Shown: piece by piece, positions 11,550 through 24,429 of the stretch | Position numbering within the stretch: position 1 is the first letter of the stretch | Layout of the letters: each line of letters opens with the position of its first letter | Assembly: GCA_964016885.1 (NCBI GenBank) | Contig: OZ024740.1 | Coordinates: forward strand, 361,274,001-361,338,000 | DNA length: 64,000 nucleotides | Source of the DNA: Eledone cirrhosa | Lineage: Eukaryota | Direction: 5' to 3' | Notes under the pieces: generated by a model | Databases searched by the model: none | The model's input: the letters and a program-made list of their open reading frames with translations, nothing else | Told to the model about the DNA's origin: nothing | Made by a program: the position numbers and the translations under genes

Positions 11550-13041
11550 TGCGAGGTTTTTGATATGAAATCGTGTGTCGAAACAAATATTGTTATACTT
11601 GGAGAGGGTCATATTGTTGTAATAATATTGCCAGAATTAATAACAGAACACACTCACTATTTGGTTGGTTTTCGCTTCTGAATCTTTTATATCAGTTAAT
11701 TCATTCGATCCTTAATGTTTACCATTGACTGACCAACGGTCAAAAATACAGATATAATATTGATATAAACACATATATATAGTCTAACAAAGTTCTTTCG
11801 TTGCACATCTGCAACATCGTCAGTGGTGCTATTATGTTCCTCCTGTTGTATTGTATATTTGCGCCATGTTTATTTAATCTGTTTATTTATTTATTTTTGT
11901 CTTCTTCTTTGTGCATGCGTTTGCGTGTGTGTATAGTGTTTGGTGTGTGTTCGCGTTTGGGTGACTGTGTTTTGGTTATTGTATTCTATCTTAGTTTACT
12001 AGTAGACCTCATCATGTACTCTCGTTACGTAGACGACATTAAAATATAGTAATAAGGACACCCCCACAAGAGAGTACAAACAAGTATGATTTAGAACGTA
12101 GCTCAATGGAAAGCATCCAGCAGATAGCTAATTCCATACACCAGCGTATAACTGTAACTATCGACTACCCTTCCAAACACCCTAACAATAGACTACCTGT
12201 ATTAGACACGGAACTCTGGATTAACACTATAGACGAGAGGGCCCAAATTCTCCACTCACACTACGCTAAACCCATGGCCTCCAAATACCTGATACTCAAA
12301 AACTCAGCAATGTCCAATAGTGCTAAGTTTAATATTCTGATCGCAGACTTGGTACGAGTGATGAAGAACGTGTCTCGCATGTGCAACTCAACAGAAATGG
12401 AAAGACACATCCAACACTTCATCAACCGCATGCAGTTCTCTGGCCTCAACCAAAGAGACAGAATCAGAGTATACGAAGGAGCCACGGAGAAGTATAAGAC
12501 CCTCATAGAACTGGACATGAAAGGAATTTGCCCATTATACAGGAGCAAATCATGGAATAGCTTAGATAGGACTAAACATAACATAGGGAAACCCACCTCA
12601 TGGTACGACAACCAGAGATACCAGAGTGTCATGTTCGTGGACGCTACCCCTGGAGGGAAATTAGCTAACCAGTGTAGAAAGGCCCTGAGAAAGACCCACT
12701 TAAAGATTAAGGTGGTAGAAAAGCCAGGAACTACCATAAAATCCCTGATCAGCAAAACATACCCTTTTAAGAAAACCCACTGTACTAATAAGAAATATGT
12801 TATATGTAAAGTAAGCCCCCGGATAAACTGTAAAACTAGAAACGTAGTCTATAGCATAAGATGTACAGAGGGTACTTGCAGAAACATGACAACAACATAC
12901 ATAGGCGAGACAGCTCGTAGCATAGGCGAAAGAATAGACCAACACTGGGGGGAACTAAAAGGAAGAAAAAACGGTTCAGTACTATACGAACACGTCAGAC
13001 AACATGACGGTAACATAGACAACATAGAAATTAAAATGTAA
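11550..13041 (+). mobile_element. Penelope-like element: inverted terminal repeat (about 11550-12000) joined to a 5'-truncated RT/GIY-YIG body
   Basis: YSRYVDDI near 12015; ORF 12106-13041 with LPVLD and NVVYSIRC..YIGET..RIDQH. 11555-11830 is a diverged reverse complement of 1190-1410. Confidence 0.9.
11787..11826 (-). ncRNA. Minimal hammerhead ribozyme (family A)
   Basis: Minus strand reads CA-CTGACGA-T-GTTGCA gatg TGCAAC-GAAA-GAAC-TT-TG; stem II covaries with the copy at 1188. Confidence 0.7.
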
Positions 13042-13213
13042 TATTATCTTAATGCGAGAAATTGAACGTCGGCAAGGTGGCTGACGCGGTAAAGATGCAG
13101 TGTGTGTGTGTGTGTTGTGTGTGTGTGCAAAAGCTAAACAGAAATAACAAAGAAAACGATACGATATGATGAACAAATATATTAGTTTTACGCTTGATAT
13201 AGTAGGAAAAGCA

Positions 13214-14744
13214 TCTTAACTTTTCTGACGCTAGTCCTTCATCAGAAAATAGAATAATAAATTAAAGAAAAAATAAAAAGATAGAAGATAGTAAGCAGTG
13301 GCAGAAACGAAAAAAGTTTCTTTGAGAAAAAACGGGTCTATTCAGGTCGCTATCTCTTGGGAAACTGTTGAATTCAGCGTTTGATGAGAGTGTCATCGCA
13401 TTGCCGTAGGCTGCGCATAGCAGAGAGCTCGGCCCGAGAGAAGTTGGTGCGACGAGAGTGCTTTTAGAAATTGAAACGGTTTAATGTACGTTTCCAAGTG
13501 TCTACAAAAGAGTCGAGGTTGAACTGCTTAGAGCTCGGCGTTCACTGTGATTATCGGTGGCAGAGACTTGCGAAACAGTCGGTTTGGACTGATGATGGTT
13601 TGTCGTGGAAGAATGCTAGTCACTTTAGGCGACGTAAGAATCGTTCTATCTCAATACTTGTTTGGGACTCGTCGGAGATGAATGTGGTGGGTATGAAGCA
13701 CAACCTCCTGGCGAGGAGGGAGCGTTTAGCTTCGGATCGTGGTAGGTCAGTGTGTAGGGTGACAACCGTATGGGAGGTAAGTGAGGGAGAGCAACTAGTG
13801 GACGCGACGGGGCTGTGGTGGTTATGTGTAGGGTGTATGGCGTCAACGATACGAAGAGAAGTAGAGGCGAGAGCGATGAGAAAAGGAGTCGTATGTGACT
13901 GGATAATATGGTTAGGACTGGAGGTGAGGTGGGTGGGTATGTTGACAGCAGACGGAGTAGAGTGAGTCAAGTTTCTGTTTGAGAAAATTGAAGAGGAAGC
14001 GTTTGGGGTTGAGGATGAATTGGACGATGGATTGGGCGAGGAGGGTGTGGCAAGTAGAGGAGAAAAGAATGTGGGCTTTGGGGAGATCACGGTCGAGAGA
14101 ACGGATTTGAGAGAGAGTGCAACGGAGGGTCGCTCGCACGAGATGGCGAGAGGAGCAAGTAAGGAGAAGTTCAGTGGTGGGAGCTGAGTAGGAGGTAGGG
14201 TAGAAGTTGAGATGGAAACCTCTGGAAATAAGGTGGTGGTAGAGACAGCGGCTTAGAAAAGTGACGTGACTGTCGTAGTGTGTCTTGGTGAAGAGAATTT
14301 TGGAGAGATGTAAGGAGAGTTGGATGCAAATGATGGGAAAGGGTGGAGGAAGCCTTTGAGGGTAGAATGGTGCTGGCGGAGGAAGGATTTGAGATTGAGC
14401 ATGATTGAGAGATGAGTGGAGAAGGGACAGAAGGAGACTAGCGGCACGTGGGGTGGTGGAGAGTAGAGTAAGATGGGGGTAAGAGTAGAGTAAGGTAGAG
14501 GTGGAAACTAGAGACGGTACCATGGTGAGAGAGAAATAGAAGGGTGAGAAAGGAGTAGTCAGAAGAGTATAATGGAGGAAAAGTGGGAGTAGGTTGTGGT
14601 ATATTGGTATAAAGTAAAAAGAAAATCCAGTAATCCAAAAGGATATCCAGGTGGAATTTCAAGGTCCGGGTAAAAATCCAGTTCCAGGTTGAAAAAATCT
14701 ATGTCGGAATCCAACGAAATTGAAGGTTCGCGTAAGCTTATGCA

Positions 14745-14745
<1 letters not shown>
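13214..14745 (-). mobile_element. Decayed Penelope-like element, N-terminal part of ORF, ending in a degenerate hammerhead (13214-13249)
   Basis: SHVTFLSRC...RGF and SLLARRLCFIPT...FLRRLK resemble the PLE N-terminal LSKGLxFxPT..FxRRLR motif; CTGATGA-A-GGAC tagc GTCA-GAAA lies at the 3' end. Confidence 0.65.
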
Positions 14746-14815
<70 letters not shown>

Positions 14816-14842
14816 GTAATAAACAACATAAGGCAATTATTC

Positions 14843-14896
14843 CATTTACCAGTGGTTTCTTAAAAGCAAAAAATTTTGCTTTCAATCCTCAGAATG
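14843..14896 (-). ncRNA. Hammerhead ribozyme (family D)
   Basis: Reverse-complement copy of 21146-21199, GUA cleavage triplet. Confidence 0.78.
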
Positions 14897-15107
14897 AAAA
14901 AATCCTGGTCTGTTTATTGAATTTGGATTTTAAAAACAAAAATGCAATCTATATGAAAGTGAGGCTGGAGAAAGAAGAAGGAAAGGAAAAATAAAATAAA
15001 ACCACGCATGCAAACACACACACAAACACACACACACACACACAAAAGCATACATACACACACACACAAAAGCATACATACACACACACACACACAAAAA
15101 CATACAT

Positions 15108-15175
<68 letters not shown>

Positions 15176-15179
<4 letters not shown>

Positions 15180-16126
15180 AATTGAACAGGGACAGAACAG
15201 AGAGGCAGTACGACAAATGTTTATTAAATTCACGCTCAGGAGAGTGGGGGGTAGGTGGAGGACGACGTTTCGGGCATAAGCCTTTCTTCAGGTGAGAGTT
15301 CAAAAGGTGTGTAGGGGAGTGGTGGAGAGACATATAGCGAAAGGAAACGGTGCGAATGAAAAATTAACAAATAAAGACAAAAATATAATAAATAATAAAT
15401 AAAAATAAAGCATGATCAAAATACAAGGAATGAGAACATTTAAAAATAAAGGCATGATCAAAATAAACTGAAATTAAAAGGGGGGTAAACAGGTGGTGGA
15501 AGGGTGTGGGGTGAGTAGAGGTGGAGGCGGGTGGAGTGGGGAGAGGGAGACGGGGTGTCCGAGCGGGGAGGGCTGAAGGTGGTGTGTGTGGTTAGGTGTG
15601 CGTGTGTGTTTGTGTGTGTGTATGTGAAAGTGAGGGTTGGGGGAAGAACGGGGTTGCATGTTCAGGAAGGTGTGTGTGGGGGGTGTTTTTGTGTGTCGGA
15701 GGGTCTGTGCGTGTGTGGATAGGGGGTGGGGGGGAGAGGAATCAGGGGGCTGAGGGTGTAAATATGTGGTGGGAAGCACGTGTGTGTGGTTTAAGCGTGT
15801 TGTGGGTGTGGGTGGCGTGTGGATAAAAAAAATTGTTTTGGGATGTGTGTGTGGGTGAATTATATAGGTGATGGTGTTAGAGGATGGTTGAAAGTGGTAA
15901 GTTACACGGATGTATGGAGATTTTGGTTGGAAGTCAAAACGCGTGTGGGTAATCCAAGAAGCGGTGGTCGGAAGAGGAGAGATGTGGGGTGCGCGCGCAA
16001 CAGGAAGTGGTCAGCAGTGGAAGTGCTGTGGTCAGTTGGTGCTGAGACAGTGGTCGGAAGGGCATAGCAGCAGTCAGCGGAATGGTAGGGAGGCGAGGAT
16101 GGGTAGGTGTGAGAGTTGGAGTGAGG

Positions 16127-16161
<35 letters not shown>

Positions 16162-17344
16162 TAGTAGGGGTGTTAGTGGGATGAGTGAGTGTGGAGTGAG
16201 GAGAGAAGGGTGTGTGTGGTTCTATGGAGGGAGTGTGGTGTACTGGTGTGTGTGTAGTTTGGTGAGGAGGTGTTAGTGGGTGTTAGTAGGCGGGAGGTGG
16301 GGAGGGGTGGAATGCAGGTGTGAGTGGGGGTTAGTGGGGGTAGGGTGTGTAGAGTTGGTGGTGTACGAGGGTGTGTGGGTACGTGTGCGTGGGGTTGGAG
16401 GGTGTTAGTGATGTTAGTTGCGTGTGGGGTGGGTGGTGTAAGTGTGTGCGTGTGATAAGGAGGGGGGGGAGAAGAGGGGGGGAAGGGATGTTAGTATGTT
16501 AGTTGGGGAAGGGTGGTCAGATGAGGGGTGGAGTGGAGGTGTTAGTATTGTTAGTGTGGGGTGGGCGGTGAAAAGGAGGGGTGTGTTAGTGGTGTTAGTG
16601 GGGGATAAGTGGGGGAGGGGGGCGGTCGAACGCTAAAGGAATAAGGGTGGGGAGTTCAGGCCGGGGGGAGTGTGGGTCTGTAAGATGAAGATAGTACGTT
16701 GTTCGACCGTGAGGCGATGGGCGGGTGTTCCGTGGCACTGGAGTAGGCCACAGACTGTGAGATGGTGTGCGGAGTGTCCAGGGCCACCAAAGTGGCGGGC
16801 GATGGGGGAACTGCTCCCGAGACGAATGTCCCGGAGGTGCTCCGTGACTCGGTCCGCCAGGCGGCGTCCCGTCTGTCCGACATAAGTCGCGCTGCACCTC
16901 GTGCAACGAAGTCCGTAGACTAGGTTGGAGGAGGTGCAGCGGAAGGCATGCCGGACCGAGAGAGGGTGGCCGTTGGGACCCTGGAAGGTGGTGGTGTTGG
17001 TGATGTGGGGACAGGTGTTGCAGCGGGGCCTAGAACAGGGGAAGGAACCGGGGAGGGGGGAACGGAGCGTGGGTTGGGGGGTAGGGAGCTGTGGACGAGG
17101 AGGGTGCGGAGATTGCGTGCGCGTTTGAAGGAGGGGAGTGGTGGGGTTGGGAAGATGTGGGAGGTGGAGGGGTCGGACTGGAGGTGTCGGAAGAGGCGGC
17201 GGATGGTGCGGTGGAGGGGTAAGGTGGAGGGGTGGTAGGTGATGGGGAAGGGGAGACGGTGGGTGGGTGTGCGGTGGCGTGGGGTGAGGGTGGTAGAGCG
17301 GGGGATAGCACGGGCGCGGGTGAGAGCGGTGTGGACGAGAGAGG

Positions 17345-17347
<3 letters not shown>
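15176..17347 (-). mobile_element. Penelope-like element 3' part (GIY-YIG) with long low-complexity 3' region and hammerhead (15262-15294)
   Basis: PCSRPRCNTCPH...CTSSNLVYGLRCTRCSATYVGQTGRRLADRVTEH...EQRTIFILQT..PGLN; CTGAAGA-A-AGGC ttat GCCC-GAAACGTC; (TA)n at both ends. Confidence 0.9.
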
Positions 17348-17400
<53 letters not shown>

Positions 17401-17441
17401 TAACAACAAAGAGCGCTTAGAACATAGGTATATCTTTAATT

Positions 17442-17485
17442 GCTGACAATGTTTCGTCCACACTAAAAGTGGGACTCTTCAGAGC
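17442..17485 (-). ncRNA. Hammerhead ribozyme (family E)
   Basis: Minus strand reads GCT-CTGAAGA-GTCC CAC tttta GTG t GGAC-GAAA-C att G-TC-AGC. Confidence 0.8.
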
Positions 17486-18832
17486 TTAAAGAGTAGATAC
17501 AGAGTATAGAAGCATTAACAAATCCAAAACAGAAGAATATAATGTGGGGATATCATAAGGTGGGAGGAATTTAAAGTATTGTTCATGTACAAGATAAGGA
17601 TTAACGAATAAAAAAAAAATAAATAAATAAAATAAAAAATAAAAAATAAAAAATAAAAAATAAAAAATAAAAAATAAAAAAATAAAAATAAAAAATAAAA
17701 AATAAAAAATAAAAACTAATAAAAAATAAAAAATAAAAAATAAAAAATAAAAAATAAAAAATAAAAAATAAAATCAAACAAAAGATAGTGAATATGAGGA
17801 ATATACTAATACTAATAAGGATACGGATCTAAAATGTTATCACTCACAGTTGGGTAGGGTTATATTAGTATTTAACAACATTTTTATTTTTATTTTTATT
17901 TATATATCACTTGTTGCACATAGCTTGATAACTTATACCTTTGCCAGTTTCATCTTTATTCACACCTTCCTTTATGGTGTATATTTTACTTTATTTTTTA
18001 TCTATTTTTTATCTAGTTTTTTTTTTTTATATCTAGTTTTTATCTATTTTTTTATCTAGTTTTTCTCTAGTTTTATCTCTTAACTTCTTTTAAAAAAAAA
18101 TTTTTACCATGCATTTTATACTTTTTATATTCTTATTCCTTTATTGTTTATTTCTCATCTATTACGGTGTACTCCTTATGAGTTTCCTACCATGTATGAT
18201 CCTTCCGTTATATGTCCTTATGTTCCCATATTTTTATACGTTTTTATAATTTATTATATTTCTTTATATTGTACTCCTCCATGTTATATGTCATCGTTTC
18301 TACTGTTATTGCTATATTTTGTCACAGTATGGAGTATGTGCCCATCCGTTTTTGATATGTTATTTGTATTAGTGTATACTTTCTGTATTGCATATGGGTG
18401 CTTGCGTGTAGGTGCATGCGGGTGCTCATGCTTATACGTATACTTTTATGTGAGTGTATGCATACGTAGCTGTGTGTTAACCAATCACATCATTGCTTCC
18501 ATGATTGCCGGTCATAATATAACCCTACCCAACTGTGAGTGATAACATTTTAGATCCGTATCCTTATTAGTATTAGTATATTCCTCATATTCACTATCTT
18601 TTGCTTGATTTTATTTTTTATTTTTTTTATTTTTTTTTATTTTTTATTATTTTTTTTTTTTTTATTTATTTATTATTTTTTTTTTTTTTATTTATTATTT
18701 TTTTTTTTATTCGTTAATCCTTATCTTGTACATGAACAATACTTTAAATTCCTCCCACCTTATGATATCCCCACATTATATTCTTCTGTTTTGGATTTGT
18801 TAATGCTTCTATACTCTGTATCTACTCTTTAA

Positions 18833-18876
18833 GCTCTGAAGAGTCCTACTTTTAGTGTGGACGAAACATTGTCAGC
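18833..18876 (+). ncRNA. Hammerhead ribozyme (family E)
   Basis: GCT-CTGAAGA-GTCC TAC tttta GTG t GGAC-GAAA-C att G-TC-AGC. Confidence 0.8.
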
Positions 18877-19661
18877 AATTAAAGATATACCTATGTTCTA
18901 AGCGCTCTTTGTTGTTAATTGTATTACGGCTCTGTCTTCAGACATTGAGCTAACCATATACTGCCTATCTGATAAGTTGGGTGTTACACACTCTCAATTT
19001 TCTCCTTTATATATATATATATATATATATACATACACTCATACATACACACACACATATACACATATATATGTGTATATAAATACACACATACATATAC
19101 ATATACACATACATACATACACACATAAATATCAACACATTCATACATACACACATATATACAACCACACACACATATATACACACATATAAATATATAT
19201 AAATATAAATATATATATATATACATATACATGCATACACATACACATACATAGCCATACACATATACATATACATACATACATACATCACACAATCATA
19301 CCTATATACACACGTACATACATACACATACATAAATGCGTACATATACATGTACAAAATTAGAAAAATATACACTCCTCTACATATTCACACACGCAAA
19401 TAAATATAAGAAAAAATATATATAAAAAAATAAAATAATAATAAAGATTATTATAGTTGACAGCGATACAAACGACGGGTAGATGAACAGACACGCGTGG
19501 TAAGCAATACACACAAATGCACGTACACATACGTACGAAAAAGTAAATACATACACACACTCTCACACATAAATATACATATACAAATACATAAACACAT
19601 ACATACACATACACAAGTACATACACAAACACGCACACACACACGTATACAATTATACACA

Positions 19662-19729
<68 letters not shown>

Positions 19730-19843
19730 CACATACACACACACATATATATGTATACATACACACACACATACATACATAGCTATACAATTATACACAT
19801 ACAAATACGTACATATCATAAACACGCACAACCAAATACAAAC

Positions 19844-19874
<31 letters not shown>

Positions 19875-19987
19875 CATACACATATATATGTGTGTGTGTA
19901 AAACTCAATCTTAGGTAATTCATATGAACCTTACATATACATATATATAGTAGTAGTAATGCAATAAGCAACATAAGGCAATTATTC

Positions 19988-20042
19988 CATTCACCAGTGG
20001 TTTCTTAAAAGCAAAAAGATTTTGCCTTCAATCCTCAGAATG
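19988..20042 (-). ncRNA. Hammerhead copy (family D) with GUG triplet, probably poorly active
   Basis: Same fold as 14843-14896, but the cleavage-site nucleotide is G. Confidence 0.55.
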
Positions 20043-20737
20043 AAAAAAACCTGGTCTATCTACATATACATATATATACACACATATATATACATATATA
20101 TATACACATACACATACATACACATACATATTGGTATGTGAAGGGTAAGGCAAAACGAATATATGGGGCCGGGGGGAAGACATAGGAAAAGGTGAAATAT
20201 AAGGGGAGATAAGGGAGAAAAAAATACAAGAGTACAGAACGTGGATTCAGCAAATAAAAAACCGTAGCAGAAGTAAAGAGCAGAGAAGGAGTTCAAGGCG
20301 GTTGATTTATCATAGGAGTGTCAATCCAGTTACAGATCAGATGTGATTTCAGATGAGGACAGCATCTGAAGATCTCAGTCTTTGAGTTAAGGCAAGCGGA
20401 AGTGGCTCTCAAGTTTAGCAAAATCCTATATTTTTCTGTACGTGCATTTGTGTGTATTGCTTACCACGCGTGTCTGTTCAGCTACCCGTCGTTTGTATCG
20501 CTGTCAACTGTATAATAATCTTTATTATTATTTTATTTTTTCATATATATTTTTTCTTATATTTATTTGCGTGTGTGAATATGTACAGGAGTGTATATTT
20601 TTCTAATTTTGTACATGTATATGTACGCATTTATGTATGTGTATGTATGTACGTGTGTATATAGGTATGATTGTGTGCATGTATGTATGTATGTATATGT
20701 ATGTCTGTATGGCTATGTATGTGTATGCATGTATATG

Positions 20738-20775
<38 letters not shown>

Positions 20776-20947
20776 TATATTTATATTTCTATATATTTAT
20801 ATGTGTGTGTGGTTGTATATATGTATGTGTATGTATGGATGTGTTGATATTTATGTGCGTATGTATGTATGTGTATATGTATATGTATGTGTGTATTTAT
20901 ATACACATATATATGTGTATATGTGTGTGTGTATGTATGAGTGTATG

Positions 20948-20984
<37 letters not shown>

Positions 20985-21145
20985 ATGTATGCTTTTGTGT
21001 GTGTTTGTGTGTGTGTTTGTGTGTGTGTTTGCATGTGTGGTTTTATTTTATTTTTCCTTTCCTTCTTCTTTCTCCAGCCTCACTTTCATATAGATCGCAT
21101 TTTTGTTTTTAAAATCCAAATTCAATAAACAGACCAGGATTTTTT

Positions 21146-21199
21146 CATTCTGAGGATTGAAAGCAACATTTTTTGCTTTTAAGAAACCACTGGTAAATG
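21146..21199 (+). ncRNA. Hammerhead ribozyme (family D)
   Basis: CATT-CTGAGGA-TTGAAAGCAA..TTGCTTTTAA-GAAA-CC act GG-TA-AATG. Confidence 0.8.
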
Positions 21200-21286
21200 T
21201 AATAATTGCCTTATGTTGTTTATTACATAACTATTAATCTCTGTTACCTACATAGAGCACTCTTTTTTCCTGGACGGAATTACTTC

Positions 21287-21384
<98 letters not shown>

Positions 21385-21501
21385 CAACTACATTAACACC
21401 TTAATGCGCTAAATTGAATGCCAGCAATGTGGCTGACGAGATAGAAATGTAGTTGTCTGTTCGTCTTATGTAACTGTTTTTCTGTGTGCATTTTCTGCTT
21501 A

Positions 21502-21575
<74 letters not shown>

Positions 21576-22479
21576 CGTGTGTGTGTGTGTTGTGTGTCTG
21601 TGTGTAATCAAAACCATCAATTGCCTAAACTTAATATAAACAAATCTACCTCAATCCAAAGTTAACTACGAACACAATTCAATGTAATAACAGTCAATCT
21701 CACAAAGGGATTTTTATGGCCTGTCAAAAGCCTGTCAACGGAGAACTCAGCTCACGCGGTATCAAGATATGACATACATATACGTAATTAAGATTGTCAA
21801 TGACCAAAACTTGAACATAACTACATATAGAACAAACCAAAGCTATCCATGAATTCAAACAAATATATCCTATAAACCCACATACGAACTCGTTCACTAG
21901 ACCCAAACCTCACAAGGAAAGTAAACATCACACTCGACCTTCCAAACCACACCCTCCAGGCAAAACAATCATTGACTGGCAACCAGGGTTAGATTTACAC
22001 CGTGGGACAGGGGCACTTCAGGTTTTATTACAATACACAGCAATCCCCCCTACCAATTTTACATATCAAAGTTAGCTTGGCGCAAGTAATTGGAATTGAA
22101 AAGTTATACATAAAGGTATTAAATTCAAAAATTCTAACCATCCTAAAACTAAAAAAGCCCAGCTGAAGGCACAAATAAATTGTTACGGCCGTCGCTGGTG
22201 GGCCCACTGCAGAGGGCCCGGAGCAATTGCCCCCTCCCCCATTTAATCCGGCCCTGTCTGTAACCATTACTGGTATGGGGGGTGATGGGCGCCATCAGAT
22301 TGGAGCTATCGAATTACGTAGTTTCCATGAAATAATCTGCAGTGACAACGACCCATGCGTAATTGGTCATGCACCTACACACTCAGTGAAATCACCTGAA
22401 ATATTCTCTGTCCATAAACCCCAAGAACGCCGGAAGTCTCCAGGGCTTCAAGTTCAACCATAAACCTATTTTGCCTTCT

Positions 22480-22725
22480 TCGATCTGGCTGACTAGCCTG
22501 GTGGCCGAACGCACCAAGTTGCCGCTAGAGAAGGTGTCACAACATATAGTATACCAGATGAGAGGTCCACTCCCGCGGAACGGGAAATTATCATGTCGTC
22601 TGGCTTTATGCCGTTCCTTCTGTCCAGCCCCGCTGGCTGAAGCTGGGAATGGAAACCTGCGCCGTCCAGGCCATACTTTTTTTTAACCTCGTTGAGAGCA
22701 GCATGGCGTGGGAGGCGGCCATTCT
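22480..22725 (-). mobile_element. Remnant of RLE-type (CRE-like) non-LTR retrotransposon
   Basis: GRLPRHAALNE...LQPAGLDRRNGIKPDD; homologous to 36540-36790. Confidence 0.6.
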
Positions 22726-24429
22726 TGTATTTCATTTCGTCTAAAGATGGCAGTGGAGCACAGGGACGTAAAAGTTGTGCATGCACGTGTGTGAGTGTTC
22801 GGACATCTCGATGTACGAGGAGATTGCCGAATACTCAGACATACCTACACACATATACATACATGAATTTCAGCTCGGAAACTATCGAATTCATTGTTTG
22901 AGTCACCTAGACACAAGACGAAGGATTGCCCCCCACCATCATCAAAAGTAAAAACAATTAGCGGTTCGACAAATAGAGATCGACAAAATATGTACCAGAC
23001 GGCAAAGTAATGTAGCGAGAGTACTGGGTTGTATGAATGTAACAAGGAATACATTGTTTGTGTGTATAATATTTAATTAACAATGGTAGATAGTATAGTT
23101 ATCATGTCAAAGAAATAGATGATAGAATGAAGCAAAGTTAGTAGTTACCGTTTTGATTGCCAGGCAAACGCGGCTGGCAGAGGACGCCTGGCTAAGGCCA
23201 GGCGCCTATTGGCCAAATGACAGGCAGAGCCAAATGAGAGGCTCTTGGCCTGGTGCCGAAAAGGCAGTGAGAGAGTGAGAACTTAAAGTTGTTAGTTTTA
23301 TAGGGTTCTGACCGGAAGTTGCAGAAAGGGTTCTACTTCCCGTCTAGATCTTAATCCAAACAAGGGAGACAACCGCTACAGTAATTTAATTTAGCGGTTT
23401 GACAAGAGGTCGATAAAACAACCAGACTTGAAAAGAATAAATATGGTGTGGCAGATATGATCAACTAGAATCCTTTCTTAGTGATGCAGAGGCCTGATCG
23501 CAGTCTAATGACTGAAACCAGTGTGTTGGACTTCCTCCAGTTTCGACGATGAGTAATCTAGTTGATTCGATCAACAAAACAGCCTACTTGTAACATTAAC
23601 ATGGAAGTCGCTAAGCATTCCACAGAAATGTGTACCCTTAACGTGATTCACGGGAAGATTTAGCCTGACACAGGGCTGTTCCTGTGAATTACAAGTACAA
23701 TTCCTTTTTGTCAGTTGAGTGGACTGGAACAACGTGAAAAAGTATCTTGTTCAAGGACAACACGCTGTCAAAAATCGAACTGACGAATGTGAGCCGAAAA
23801 TCAAAAAACTAAACCACGCGCCTTCACAGTTAAGGTGTAAAAAAAGAATCGACACAGAACAGAAACAAAAATATAGAACAGCGAGAGAGAAAAAACGAAA
23901 CAAAGACAGAGAACAGGGAGAGAGAGAAAGCAGGAAACAAAGAAAAAGAACTGGGAGGGAGAGAGAGAGAAATAAAGAGAACAGAGAGAGAGAGAAATAA
24001 AGAGAACAGAGAGAGAGAGAAATAAAGAGAACAGAGAGAGAACCAATGAATAGATAGAGAAAAACAAAGAAAGAAACAGTGAATGAGAAAAAAAAAAAAC
24101 GAAACAGAAAATGTTTTGCATAGAAAGCGACAACAGATACAGTTAGATTGTATACGTCAGCCAAATTGATGGACAGCTTGACTGTAGTGGTGGTGGTGAT
24201 AGTGTTGGTGGTACTTGTGATGATGCTGATGGTAATTATGTGGTGGTGGGAGGTTGACATTGGTGGTAGTAATGGTTGTGACCGTGGCGGTGGTGATGAT
24301 CACGACAGTGGTGTTGGTGATAGTAGTGGTTGTGGTGTTGGTAATCATGATGATGTGATGGTGGCGGTGGTGGTAATGCTGACAATAGTTGTTCTACTGG
24401 TGGTGGTGCTGCGGCTGCTGACGCGGCTG

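Larger units (their letters stand above)
17394..18924. mobile_element. Non-coding inverted-repeat element, each arm carrying a hammerhead (family E)
   Basis: Arms 17394-17867 and 18515-18924 are reverse complements, differing mainly in (A5T)n length. Confidence 0.85.

Noticed and set aside
20335-20385. CAGATGAGGAC...CTGAAGA as another hammerhead
   Set aside because: No stem II followed by GAAA and UH in the required order on either strand.
21985-22256. hAT-like MITE (CAGGG...CCCTG)
   Set aside because: TIR match is short and degenerate, with no convincing 8-bp TSD.
23719-24133. R/E/K-rich and L/S/F-rich ORFs
   Set aside because: GA-rich low-complexity tract.
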